From assembly GCA_015056305.1 (NCBI GenBank), contig SVGO01000001.1, positions 1,602 to 65,601 on the forward strand: 64,000 bases of DNA. Direction: 5' to 3'. How positions within the stretch are numbered: position 1 is the stretch's first letter; every line of letters begins with the position of its first letter. The translations under genes and the position numbers were made by a program. Source of the DNA: Clostridiales bacterium. Its GTDB lineage: Bacteria; Bacillota; Clostridia; Christensenellales; Aristaeellaceae. This document shows positions 17,912-25,479 of this stretch, piece after piece. The notes under the pieces were generated by a model. The model was not told the DNA's origin and ran no database searches. It worked only from the letters and a program-made list of their open reading frames with translations.

Positions 17912-18060
17912 GATTCCCATTGTGTTTTAGATCGAGTTACCCCTAAAAACACATCATAATTTCAAAATCCCGCTATATTTTGTAGCTTTTGAAATCAAGT
18001 TGAGTGCTTCGGGGCTTAAAAGTTTGACTTGACCATTTTCGCGACCTGACGAAAATGGTA

Positions 18061-19455
18061 TTACTTGAGCGGATTCCACTTCTCCGGCGGCTTATTAACC
18101 GTCGGACGCGGCGCAATCGGACGCGCCATGAGGAAATACCGCGTTTCGTCGTAGATGTGATCCTCGCCGCTGGAATCAATGTCCTCCGGCTTGTGCGGAT
18201 CGTAGACCAGCGAAGGAATTGTCCGGACAAAATCCTTGCAGGTGTTGAACACATACAGCATCGGCTTGCCTTCCTCGTCAAACTTCAGCCGTTCATGCAG
18301 CTGCATCTTGCCCGGAAGCCGCGTATTGTCTCCCTTCCTGAAGTAAACGCCCGAGAATTCCTTGCGGATCATCTCTTCCACGCTCATGCCGCGGCTCTTG
18401 TCCCAGATTGCAGGGTCGGCAATGCCGTCAATGTGCAGCCCTTCCCTGAATTCCGGCTCGAGGAATTCAGATAGCTTCTTGCCAATCTCGCCCGGCGAGA
18501 GCGCCAAGCCTACATTCGCCTCGCCCGGCACACAACCGTACAGCTCCTTGTACCGATACGCGCGCCCTTCTGTATCCACAGCCCATACGCCGAACGAGAA
18601 CGGGCGCGTGAAGCCATGATCGAAGCTCACATACCGCGTCCAGTTGAGCGGAATCGGCATCGGATCAATTACGTGCGTAAACAGACCGTCCTCATAATGC
18701 GCAGGATCGTCTGTAAACTCCGGAAATGCCTGGCCATCAAACGCATCCCACTTGCCCAGCAGAAGCGCCTCACGGAGCGCACGCGGCTTCTGCTCAAGCT
18801 CTAGCACATAGTCCTGCGTGATGTGCGGATTGTCCACCACCGTTGCGGGAATGTACTGCACCTTTCGGATCTCCGTCTTGCCAAGCACTTCCGACTTGAC
18901 CTGAATCTTGCTTACTTTCTTGCCCGTGTCCGTCGGATCGACAAACCGCTGCTTCACCCATGCATGCCCCGGGCCGCCCGGGTTGCTCGCGCTGCGAACA
19001 CACGGCACAATGCCAAGCCGCTTCTCTGCACGCAGACGTGTGCGCAGATAGTCGTACATCGCTTTCGTGAAGTGCGTCAGCTCATCAAAGTACAGCCAAT
19101 GAATCTCCGCTCCCTGATACTTCAGCAGGCCTTCACCCTCGTTCTGAAGGTGGCAGAAGTGCACCACGCTGCCGTTGATGAAGCGCATCTCATGCGCGCT
19201 GGCGTTATACGTTCCCAGCTCCTTCGGCACAATCCGCTGCATCGTTCGCACAAGCGTCAGCTCCAATTCCGGATACGTCCGTCGGAACATATACGCATGC
19301 GTATCGTCCCATTGGATGCACCGCATGAACGCATCCCAGCACAGCGAATAGCTCTTGCCGCCGCCAGCTGCACCGCCGTACAGCACCTCATCCGCAATGC
19401 TGTCGTGAAGCTGCCATTGCTTCTGCGTCGGTTCGTAATCAAAGACGATGTTCAT
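18061..19455 (-). CDS. terL: terminase large subunit
   Basis: Walker A candidate GGAAGGGKSY near the N-terminus. 464 aa. Start directly abuts the small-subunit stop codon (no overlap). Confidence 0.9.
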   Translation of the reverse strand: MNIVFDYEPTQKQWQLHDSIADEVLYGGAAGGGKSYSLCWDAFMRCIQWDDTHAYMFRRTYPELELTLVRTMQRIVPKELGTYNASAHEMRFINGSVVHFCHLQNEGEGLLKYQGAEIHWLYFDELTHFTKAMYDYLRTRLRAEKRLGIVPCVRSASNPGGPGHAWVKQRFVDPTDTGKKVSKIQVKSEVLGKTEIRKVQYIPATVVDNPHITQDYVLELEQKPRALREALLLGKWDAFDGQAFPEFTDDPAHYEDGLFTHVIDPMPIPLNWTRYVSFDHGFTRPFSFGVWAVDTEGRAYRYKELYGCVPGEANVGLALSPGEIGKKLSEFLEPEFREGLHIDGIADPAIWDKSRGMSVEEMIRKEFSGVYFRKGDNTRLPGKMQLHERLKFDEEGKPMLYVFNTCKDFVRTIPSLVYDPHKPEDIDSSGEDHIYDETRYFLMARPIAPRPTVNKPPEKWNPLK

Positions 19456-19914
19456 TTACTCTTCGCCGCTTTCTTCGCGCTCCGGCATCCGCGGACGCAC
19501 GTTCATGCCCGAAGCAAACGACACCGTGACTTCCTGCTTGTTATCGCTCACAGCACGCACGCCGGCGCGATCAAGCACATCTCGGCGGGCGTTCTGGCTC
19601 AGATATCCAAACGCATCGTCACGCTCCTTCAGCGCATCCTTGATCGTCGCTTCCATCACCTTCGGTGCCGCGAGCTGCGCCATCGACTGCGCTACTATCG
19701 TTCGTGTCTGCATTCGCTTATTCAGCCGGCTTACTTCGTCGCTGCTCGTAACAATCTTGCTGATCGTCGATTGATTCACGCCGTACTTCTCCGCAAGATC
19801 CTTCTGCCGCACGCGATGACCGCCGTACTTTTCCGGGAAGATCATGCTTTCAATGTACGTCAGTACAATTTCTTCCTTCTCTTCCTCAGTCAGCACTCTT
19901 TCGTTCGCTGCCAT
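19456..19914 (-). CDS. terS: terminase small subunit candidate (HTH)
   Basis: 152 aa immediately upstream of terL. HTH-like KDLAEKYGVNQSTISKI. Confidence 0.6.
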   Translation of the reverse strand: MAANERVLTEEEKEEIVLTYIESMIFPEKYGGHRVRQKDLAEKYGVNQSTISKIVTSSDEVSRLNKRMQTRTIVAQSMAQLAAPKVMEATIKDALKERDDAFGYLSQNARRDVLDRAGVRAVSDNKQEVTVSFASGMNVRPRMPEREESGEE

Positions 19915-20005
19915 TTAAACCGCCCTCCTTCCTTCTCCATATAAAAAGCAAAAGCGCCCATGCCTTCCTCGGCATGAACGCTATTGCTTATTGTCTCTCT
20001 ATTTC

Positions 20006-20136
20006 AATTTTCATTTTTTCTCCCGGGGTGGGTTCCGGTAGGCGGTTGGGGAGGTATATATACGTTATATTGTATATACCCTACCCCTACCCATCCCGGG
20101 CACCCCGTCCGGGTCCGTTGCGAGAATTTTCATTTT
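20006..20136. repeat. 12-bp direct repeats (AATTTTCATTTT at 20006-20017 and 20125-20136) flanking a ~79-bp imperfect GC-rich palindrome with an AT core
   Basis: Arms cccggggtgggt (20022-20033) and acccatcccggg (20089-20100). Centre gaggtatatatacgttatattgtatatacc. Lies upstream of terS. Confidence 0.6.
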
Positions 20137-20494
20137 CCCAGAGCGCCGGAAAAAAAGAGAAAAAAACAAAAAAAGCATGTCATTTGGGTCTTGTACCCAC
20201 ACGGATGCACGCATTGCCTGCGCTCCCGCGCGTGCACGTTGCATCTGTGTTGCATCGCGCTTCCATTCACACACGTGCATGCACCCGCACGCCCACGCAC
20301 ACTCACGCGCCCACCTGCCCGGGCACATGCGCACCCAGGCACACACCCCCGGGAGAGGGTGCAGACAGTCGACCAGCTAAGCCACCAGCAGCCATCCCAC
20401 CCATAAAGCCATCCACCCGCGCGCAGGAGCGATCCTGCGTGTGCGAGCTGGCGCGAGTGCTCAGCCGGTCGCTGTCCAGAAAGGAGATTATACG

Positions 20495-20632
20495 ATGGAC
20501 ATACTATATTCTAAGCGTGGCGAACATGAGCGAAGGCCACGCAAAGAACCGGCATTTATTCCCCGCACATTCAAAACAGATGTAATGAAGGAACGCGGGG
20601 AAGCGTGCACGCATAAAGCCCGTGCGCGATGA
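20495..20632 (+). CDS. possible 45-aa basic peptide
   Basis: AAAGGAG lies 7 nt before the ATG at 20495. Followed by hairpin aagcccg..cgggctt and a T-rich run. No family recognised. Confidence 0.25.
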   Translation: MDILYSKRGEHERRPRKEPAFIPRTFKTDVMKERGEACTHKARAR

Positions 20633-20860
20633 CGCCGGGCTTTTCTTGATAGCGTGTATTATTATACTTGCGAGAGCTGCACGCGCCGGGAGCCTTGGGG
20701 AGCTCCCCGCGGCGCTCCGCAAGTATAATGTATCACGTCAAGAAAAAGCTGTCAACGCGACGGAATGCGCCGCTTCATGACATTTATATATGTGCGCTCA
20801 TGCCCCGCTGGCGCTCCCAAGCATCCCGGATCAGCGCAGAAAATTTCTGCAAATTGGGTC

Positions 20861-20890
20861 TTGACAGTATGGTGCACCCCATGATATTAT
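20861..20890 (+). promoter_or_regulatory. strong sigma-70-type promoter driving the rightward ArdC unit
   Basis: TTGACA (20861-20866), 18-nt spacer, TATTAT (20885-20890) with an upstream TG (extended -10). Confidence 0.55.
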
Positions 20891-20940
20891 GAGTGCGTCA
20901 GGAGGCACCACCCTCTTGACGGACACGGCGTTAGGCATAA

Positions 20941-21150
20941 CAGAAAGCGAGGGGAAAAACAATAGAGGAGAAAAGGAAACAGACGGCGCAGGATCGCTAT
21001 CAGGCGAAGACCCGCCGCAGATACGTGCTCAACCTGAACAAGAACACAGACCCGGACATACTTCACCACCTCGAAGCCCTGGACAATGTGCAAGGCTACA
21101 TCAAGTCTCTGATCCGCGCTGACATCGCCAAGTGCCAGCAGGAAAAATAA
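20941..21150 (+). CDS. small conserved-looking ORF without a canonical start (...RYVLNLNKNTDPDILHHLEALDNVQGYIKSLIRADI...)
   Basis: Open frame from 20941 to the TAA at 21148-21150. The only in-frame candidates are ATA at 20962 (after GAGGGGA) and an internal GTG. Confidence 0.3.
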   Translation, partial: QKARGKTIEEKRKQTAQDRYQAKTRRRYVLNLNKNTDPDILHHLEALDNVQGYIKSLIRADIAKCQQEK

Positions 21151-21273
21151 AAAATCCCCGGCAACCGCGCCAACGGTTAACGCCAGGGATGCACCACCCA
21201 ACCACCACGAAGGACGGCACACGATCATTATAGCATGGTGTGCCGCCGCATGCAAGCGAAAGGAGCGCACACC

Positions 21274-22125
21274 ATGAAGAAGGACGTTTATCAGGAAGTC
21301 ACCGACCGCATCATCAGCCAGCTCGAAAAGGGCATCATCCCGTGGCATAAACCTTGGATCACCAGCCACGCCGACCAAGCCATCAGCTACAGCACCGGCA
21401 AGCCGTACAGCCTGCTCAACCAGATGATCCTTGGCAGGCCCGGCGAATACCTGACCTTCAACCAGGTGCAGCAGGCCGGCGGCCGTGTGAAGAAGGGCGA
21501 GAAGGCCGGCATGGTTGTCTTCTGGAAGTGGCTCGATGTTGATGACGATCAGAACCCCGGCGAGAAGAAGCAGGTGCCCTTCCTGAAGTACTTTAACGTC
21601 TTCCACATCGACCAATGCGAAGGCGTGAAGCCCCGCCACGAAGTCACCCTGACCGGCGAAGATGAGACCGACGCAGATGCGGATGCGATCATCACCGGAT
21701 ACCTCCAGCGCTCCGGCGTCAAGCTGATCCACCGTGAAGGTGACCGTGCCTTCTATAAGCCGAGCACCGACAGCGTAACCCTTCCGCTGGTTGCCCAGTT
21801 CAAGGACATCGCCGAGTATTACAGCACAGCTTTCCACGAGCTGACCCACAGCACCGGACACGAAAGCCGCCTGAACCGCCTTGCCAAGTGTGCCTTCTTC
21901 GGATCTGAAGAGTACAGCAAGGAAGAGCTGGTCGCAGAGATCGGCGCAGCTGCGCTGGTCAATCACGCCGGCCTCGAGACTGCCGCCAGCTTCCGCAACA
22001 GCGCCGCTTATATTCAGAGCTGGCTGAAGGCGCTGCGCAATGACAAGCGCATGATCGTCAGCGCATCCGGCCAGGCAGAGAAAGCCGTGCGCCTGATCCT
22101 GGGCGAGGACGAAGCCGCCGCCTGA
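21274..22125 (+). CDS. ardC: ArdC-like anti-restriction protein (N-terminal ssDNA-binding domain plus C-terminal zincin)
   Basis: N-terminus MKKDVYQEVTDRIISQLEKGIIPWHKPW. HELTHSTGH zincin motif. AAGGAG RBS at 21260-21265. Confidence 0.8.
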   Translation: MKKDVYQEVTDRIISQLEKGIIPWHKPWITSHADQAISYSTGKPYSLLNQMILGRPGEYLTFNQVQQAGGRVKKGEKAGMVVFWKWLDVDDDQNPGEKKQVPFLKYFNVFHIDQCEGVKPRHEVTLTGEDETDADADAIITGYLQRSGVKLIHREGDRAFYKPSTDSVTLPLVAQFKDIAEYYSTAFHELTHSTGHESRLNRLAKCAFFGSEEYSKEELVAEIGAAALVNHAGLETAASFRNSAAYIQSWLKALRNDKRMIVSASGQAEKAVRLILGEDEAAA

Positions 22126-22139
22126 CACACAATCAAAGA

Positions 22140-22167
22140 GCCGACCCACACGGGCCGGCCCTTTTTT
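22140..22167 (+). terminator. intrinsic terminator after ardC
   Basis: gccgaccc-acac-gggccggc (one mismatch) followed by cctttttt. Confidence 0.65.
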
Positions 22168-22567
22168 ATTGGTCTTCCTTGAGCATCTTCAGGTATGAAA
22201 GCACCGTCTGATCATCAGCGCCGGAGTACTTGTGTGCCGTTTCCTTGGTCTGCAGATCTGCGCAGTATGCTTCAAAGAACATGCGTGCCTTCACGCTGGC
22301 AATCCGTCTGCACACCTGATACGCTTTCACTCTGGCACTTTCCAACTTCCGCACAAGCTCCGTTTCCCGTCTCTCCATGCTGTCAAGCCGGATCATATGC
22401 TCTGCCATCATGTCGGCATGGCTGCTTCCCTTGGGCATTCCATCCATGCTCGGACTGTGCAGCGCAATGATCCTCTGTTCTTTCAGATCTTCACGCAGCT
22501 GCAGCAGCTCTTTATAGATTCGGCGCACACTCCGCAGCACTTCTGCATCTTTATCGCTGATAACCAT
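22166..22567 (-). CDS. candidate late-gene transcriptional activator (ArpU/RinA/sigma-region-4-like)
   Basis: 133 aa. Last gene of the early operon before the packaging genes. SPSMDGMPKGSS motif remembered from ArpU/RinA-like phage regulators. Confidence 0.4.
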   Translation of the reverse strand: MVISDKDAEVLRSVRRIYKELLQLREDLKEQRIIALHSPSMDGMPKGSSHADMMAEHMIRLDSMERRETELVRKLESARVKAYQVCRRIASVKARMFFEAYCADLQTKETAHKYSGADDQTVLSYLKMLKEDQ

Positions 22568-22590
22568 TCACACCTCCATACCTATCCGAT

Positions 22591-23073
22591 TCAGGCGCAG
22601 CCCTCGCCGCGCTTCTCCAAACACACAAGCCCCACAGCATACGCCTGCCATTCATCAGCTGCGAAACCATAGAACCAATCAGGATTTTTCTTTGTCCCCT
22701 TGCCCCGCTTCAGATCATGCTTGGCAAAGCGATCAATCAGCGCGCGCTTGATGTTCGCATCGCTGGCTCTGCTGTCATGGCAGATTCGTTCCTTCTCTTC
22801 CATCCGGAAGACACGCGAGTTTGAGATACCAAGCATGTCCGCGAGTTGTTCAAGGCGGCCGATCATCGTACACGTATCAAACACATCCGCACCGACAGCC
22901 ATGCCATAGCTGGCGATCATCTCAATCGCAATATGCTGGATGTTCTTTGCGTTGAGCTTGATATAATCCAGCAGCTGCGCATTGGACACCTTCGCTTTTT
23001 CATGCGGGAAATACGCATCATCCATCAGACAATATGCGCTGTCAATATTGCCCGGATCAATTGCGAGAATCAT
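22591..23073 (-). CDS. RuvC-like Holliday-junction resolvase
   Basis: The ATG at 23073 gives MILAIDPGN (RNase-H-fold first acidic motif). Later acidic residues in AIEMIASYG and at the C-terminus. Confidence 0.55.
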   Translation of the reverse strand: MILAIDPGNIDSAYCLMDDAYFPHEKAKVSNAQLLDYIKLNAKNIQHIAIEMIASYGMAVGADVFDTCTMIGRLEQLADMLGISNSRVFRMEEKERICHDSRASDANIKRALIDRFAKHDLKRGKGTKKNPDWFYGFAADEWQAYAVGLVCLEKRGEGCA

Positions 23074-23269
23074 ACACAACACCCTCTTCCCAATCCATCT
23101 CAGACTGAAAGCGCGTGGGCCGCCAGTCTGTACATCTGTCGCAGGATGTGCAGCGCATCCTGCTTCGGATCGCGCTTCGATAATGCCCATTGTATTCCAG
23201 CTTGGGCGCGCCGCCGCATCGCCTGCATGCGCTGGGCACATACGGTTCTTCTACTCTGGCAGCCATCAC
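23057..23269 (-). CDS. small double-CxxC zinc-ribbon protein, Lar-like restriction-alleviation candidate
   Basis: CRRCGG...CTSCDRC in about 70 aa. Start overlaps the upstream stop. Confidence 0.35.
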   Translation of the reverse strand: MMAARVEEPYVPSACRRCGGAPKLEYNGHYRSAIRSRMRCTSCDRCTDWRPTRFQSEMDWEEGVVYDSRN

Positions 23270-23757
23270 ATCACCTCGCCGATGTTGATTGTCGCCCAGC
23301 TCCTGCCGTCCCGATCAAAGGCAAGCACATTATCCAGCGCCTTGCACAGAGGGCAGCCGGCGCAGGTATCCTCGCCACAGATCCTGCATTTGTTTTCGTG
23401 CGCACTCAGCACCAGCGCATCAAGCGTCTGCTGGCTGATGATCATTGCATCCTTTTCCTGTGCCGCCGTCGGGCCAAGCTTGAGCTTGTACTTCATGTGC
23501 TGCATCGTCAGATCCACGCCGGCTCTCTTCTCCGGCGGGATGGTCTGGCGAATGTGCCGCAGCGTCTTGAGCATCACAGAGGCCAGCATCTTGGCGTCAC
23601 GCCAAGCACCCGGGATCGCATGAAGCCTGGCAGGATACTGCTCGATGTAATCTTCCAGCGCATCCAGCCCGGCGCAGACACAGAAAAAAGCATTCAGCTC
23701 GCCCTTGTTCATGCGCATGATGGGCAGCAGCGTTTCGTTATTTTGCTTCATCGTCAT
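23266..23757 (-). CDS. hypothetical protein with C-terminal Cys cluster
   Basis: 163 aa. CRICGEDTCAGCPLC motif. Confidence 0.5.
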   Translation of the reverse strand: MTMKQNNETLLPIMRMNKGELNAFFCVCAGLDALEDYIEQYPARLHAIPGAWRDAKMLASVMLKTLRHIRQTIPPEKRAGVDLTMQHMKYKLKLGPTAAQEKDAMIISQQTLDALVLSAHENKCRICGEDTCAGCPLCKALDNVLAFDRDGRSWATINIGEVM

Positions 23758-23980
23758 GCTTCACCGCCCCGAGCATGCCATCCGGAAGATTGATGGTGAT
23801 CCTGTCATCCTCTTCGCGCAGCTGCTCCTCGACCGTCTCAACATCCTTGATGATACTGGCAAACGTTTCGCAGGCCGTATCAGAAACATGCTCCTCATCC
23901 ATGTTAGTGATGAACGCTTCAAACGCTTTCAGGCCACCAATCACACGTTGAATCCTCTCGTTCTTTGTCAGGTCTCGCAT
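23738..23980 (-). CDS. hypothetical protein
   Basis: The ATG at 23980 is preceded by GAGGAG. The track ORF extends to 24079 without an RBS. Confidence 0.4.
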   Translation of the reverse strand: MRDLTKNERIQRVIGGLKAFEAFITNMDEEHVSDTACETFASIIKDVETVEEQLREEDDRITINLPDGMLGAVKHDDEAK

Positions 23981-24269
23981 TGTTTTTTCTCCTCTCTTGT
24001 TCGGCCTTGACATTGTCAAGAAAGTACAGCCACAGCGGCTTATCAATATGCTCATGCCCAAGGCTGGGCGCACCCTCAATGTCCTTCACAAAACACCACA
24101 GCGCTTTGTCATTCAGCTTCGAAAGATGCGGCTTGATGAAGTCAATCACCAACTTAGGCATATACGTACCCCTGCCAAGTGCGTACCTCACCGCGCACAC
24201 AAGCACCGTCCCGAAGTCATCATCAAACGGATCAATCAAGATCCTGTCCTTATTCGTGAGCCGTGCCAT
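23919..24269 (-). CDS. hypothetical protein
   Basis: 116 aa (MARLTNKDRILIDPFDDDFG...). Its 3' end overlaps the next gene. Confidence 0.45.
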   Translation of the reverse strand: MARLTNKDRILIDPFDDDFGTVLVCAVRYALGRGTYMPKLVIDFIKPHLSKLNDKALWCFVKDIEGAPSLGHEHIDKPLWLYFLDNVKAEQERRKNNARPDKEREDSTCDWWPESV

Positions 24270-24496
24270 CAGTCATACTCCTTCTTAAGCAGACGCCGGG
24301 CCACCTTCAGATTGTCCCGGACAACAGATTGATGCGGTTCTTTAGGCCACTTGCGATAGAGTTCGCCCCAGTCTTTCGGGGCAGGCTTTGCATAGAAAGC
24401 ATCACGATCTTTCTGGAACTTAATCAAGCGCTCCTTCTCTTCCTTTGCTTCCTGAATCAGCGCCATCGCTATAGCCAGATTATCCATGCGCTTCAT
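24269..24496 (-). CDS. hypothetical protein
   Basis: 75 aa, charged and helical. Confidence 0.45.
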   Translation of the reverse strand: MKRMDNLAIAMALIQEAKEEKERLIKFQKDRDAFYAKPAPKDWGELYRKWPKEPHQSVVRDNLKVARRLLKKEYD

Positions 24497-25160
24497 CCTT
24501 CCACAGCATCCTGCAGCTTCGGCTTCCTTCCGGACAGCTGCCGCTCACGCATCCCGGCCCCGCCTTTTCAAAGATCTTGGGCGCTTCCTTCTGGCATTCC
24601 TTGAGCATGGCCCACGCCAGTTCCCGGATCTCCCATTGCGCATGTGTGCAGCAGCGCAGCTCAAAGAAGTGCAGCAGCTCGCGCGCGTTCATCGTCACCA
24701 GCAGGCAAGTCGCCGCCGCATTGGGCAGTACAAAGCGTGCGTCTTCGTTGGCATGCGTCTTCTTTCTGCCGTTCTGCACCAGGCGCTCAGACCATTCGCA
24801 GTACCATTGATTGATCGTCATCATCTGCCGGGCGAATTCATCTTCAGCTTCCTTGCCCAGCTTGCTGATCTCCGGCGGGATCACAAAGTCAAAGCCATCC
24901 ATGGACATATAGCGCTGAGACTGTACAGAGAAGGACGCAATGCGGTGGCGCGTGAGCTGGGCCAGCAGCGCACGGCTGACGCCGGACACATAGAACGTGA
25001 AGGTTGCATGCTCCGTCACAGAAAGATGATTGCCATCAAGCGCATGCTCAAGCGCCTTGCTTGTGTTCCCGTTGCCGGAACAGATGGAAGCTGCGAAGCC
25101 TGCCAGCCAATCCGGATACTGCGGCTTCTGAATCAGGGTAACTCTCGGCTTAACCTTCAT
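24480..25160 (-). CDS. thyX: FAD-dependent thymidylate synthase ThyX
   Basis: ThyX signature RHRIASFSVQSQRY. ATG at 25160. Confidence 0.9.
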   Translation of the reverse strand: MKVKPRVTLIQKPQYPDWLAGFAASICSGNGNTSKALEHALDGNHLSVTEHATFTFYVSGVSRALLAQLTRHRIASFSVQSQRYMSMDGFDFVIPPEISKLGKEAEDEFARQMMTINQWYCEWSERLVQNGRKKTHANEDARFVLPNAAATCLLVTMNARELLHFFELRCCTHAQWEIRELAWAMLKECQKEAPKIFEKAGPGCVSGSCPEGSRSCRMLWKDEAHG

Positions 25161-25479
25161 GGATAGCCACCTTCTTTCCCTGCCTTCTTTTGCTCTTCGG
25201 CGCTGCCAGATATCTGGCAATGCTGCGAACACTCACGCGCTTACCTTCGCACGCACCTTCGATGCGGCCGTCGGCCAGCATCGCATAAACCGTCGCGCGC
25301 GTTACGCTCAGAATCTGCGCGGTCTGCGTCTTGTCCACATACTCTCCATACCTGTTGACAAGTTCTTTTTCAGTCTTAATTGTGCTGTTGTCCCACAGGA
25401 TGGAATGCAGCCGCTGCTCAAGAAATTCGATGCGCTTTTCCATATCTTCAATGCGCGCCATCATCAGTTCATCACTCAT
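25150..25479 (-). CDS. excisionase-family (MerR-like) HTH DNA-binding protein
   Basis: TQTAQILSVTRATVYAMLADGRI. The ATG at 25479 follows GAAGGGAGA. Confidence 0.5.
   Translation of the reverse strand: MSDELMMARIEDMEKRIEFLEQRLHSILWDNSTIKTEKELVNRYGEYVDKTQTAQILSVTRATVYAMLADGRIEGACEGKRVSVRSIARYLAAPKSKRRQGKKVAIHEG

Noticed and set aside
20006-20136. Direct repeats plus palindrome as a MITE with a 12-bp target-site duplication
   Set aside because: The inverted arms do not abut the direct repeats (5 nt on one side, 24 nt on the other). No other copy exists in the window. A regulatory or pac role fits the position better, though mobility is not excluded.
19974-20585. 203-aa and 140-aa plus-strand ORFs, and 93-aa/70-aa minus-strand ORFs, in the non-coding hub
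   Set aside because: Their translations are dominated by C/H/A/R/P runs that reflect the CA/GT skew. They have no RBS or recognisable domain.
20887-22149. 420-aa minus-strand ORF overlapping the ardC region
   Set aside because: It is antisense to a motif-supported ArdC-like gene that has its own promoter, RBS and terminator. The translation is low-complexity (A/G/L/V-rich).
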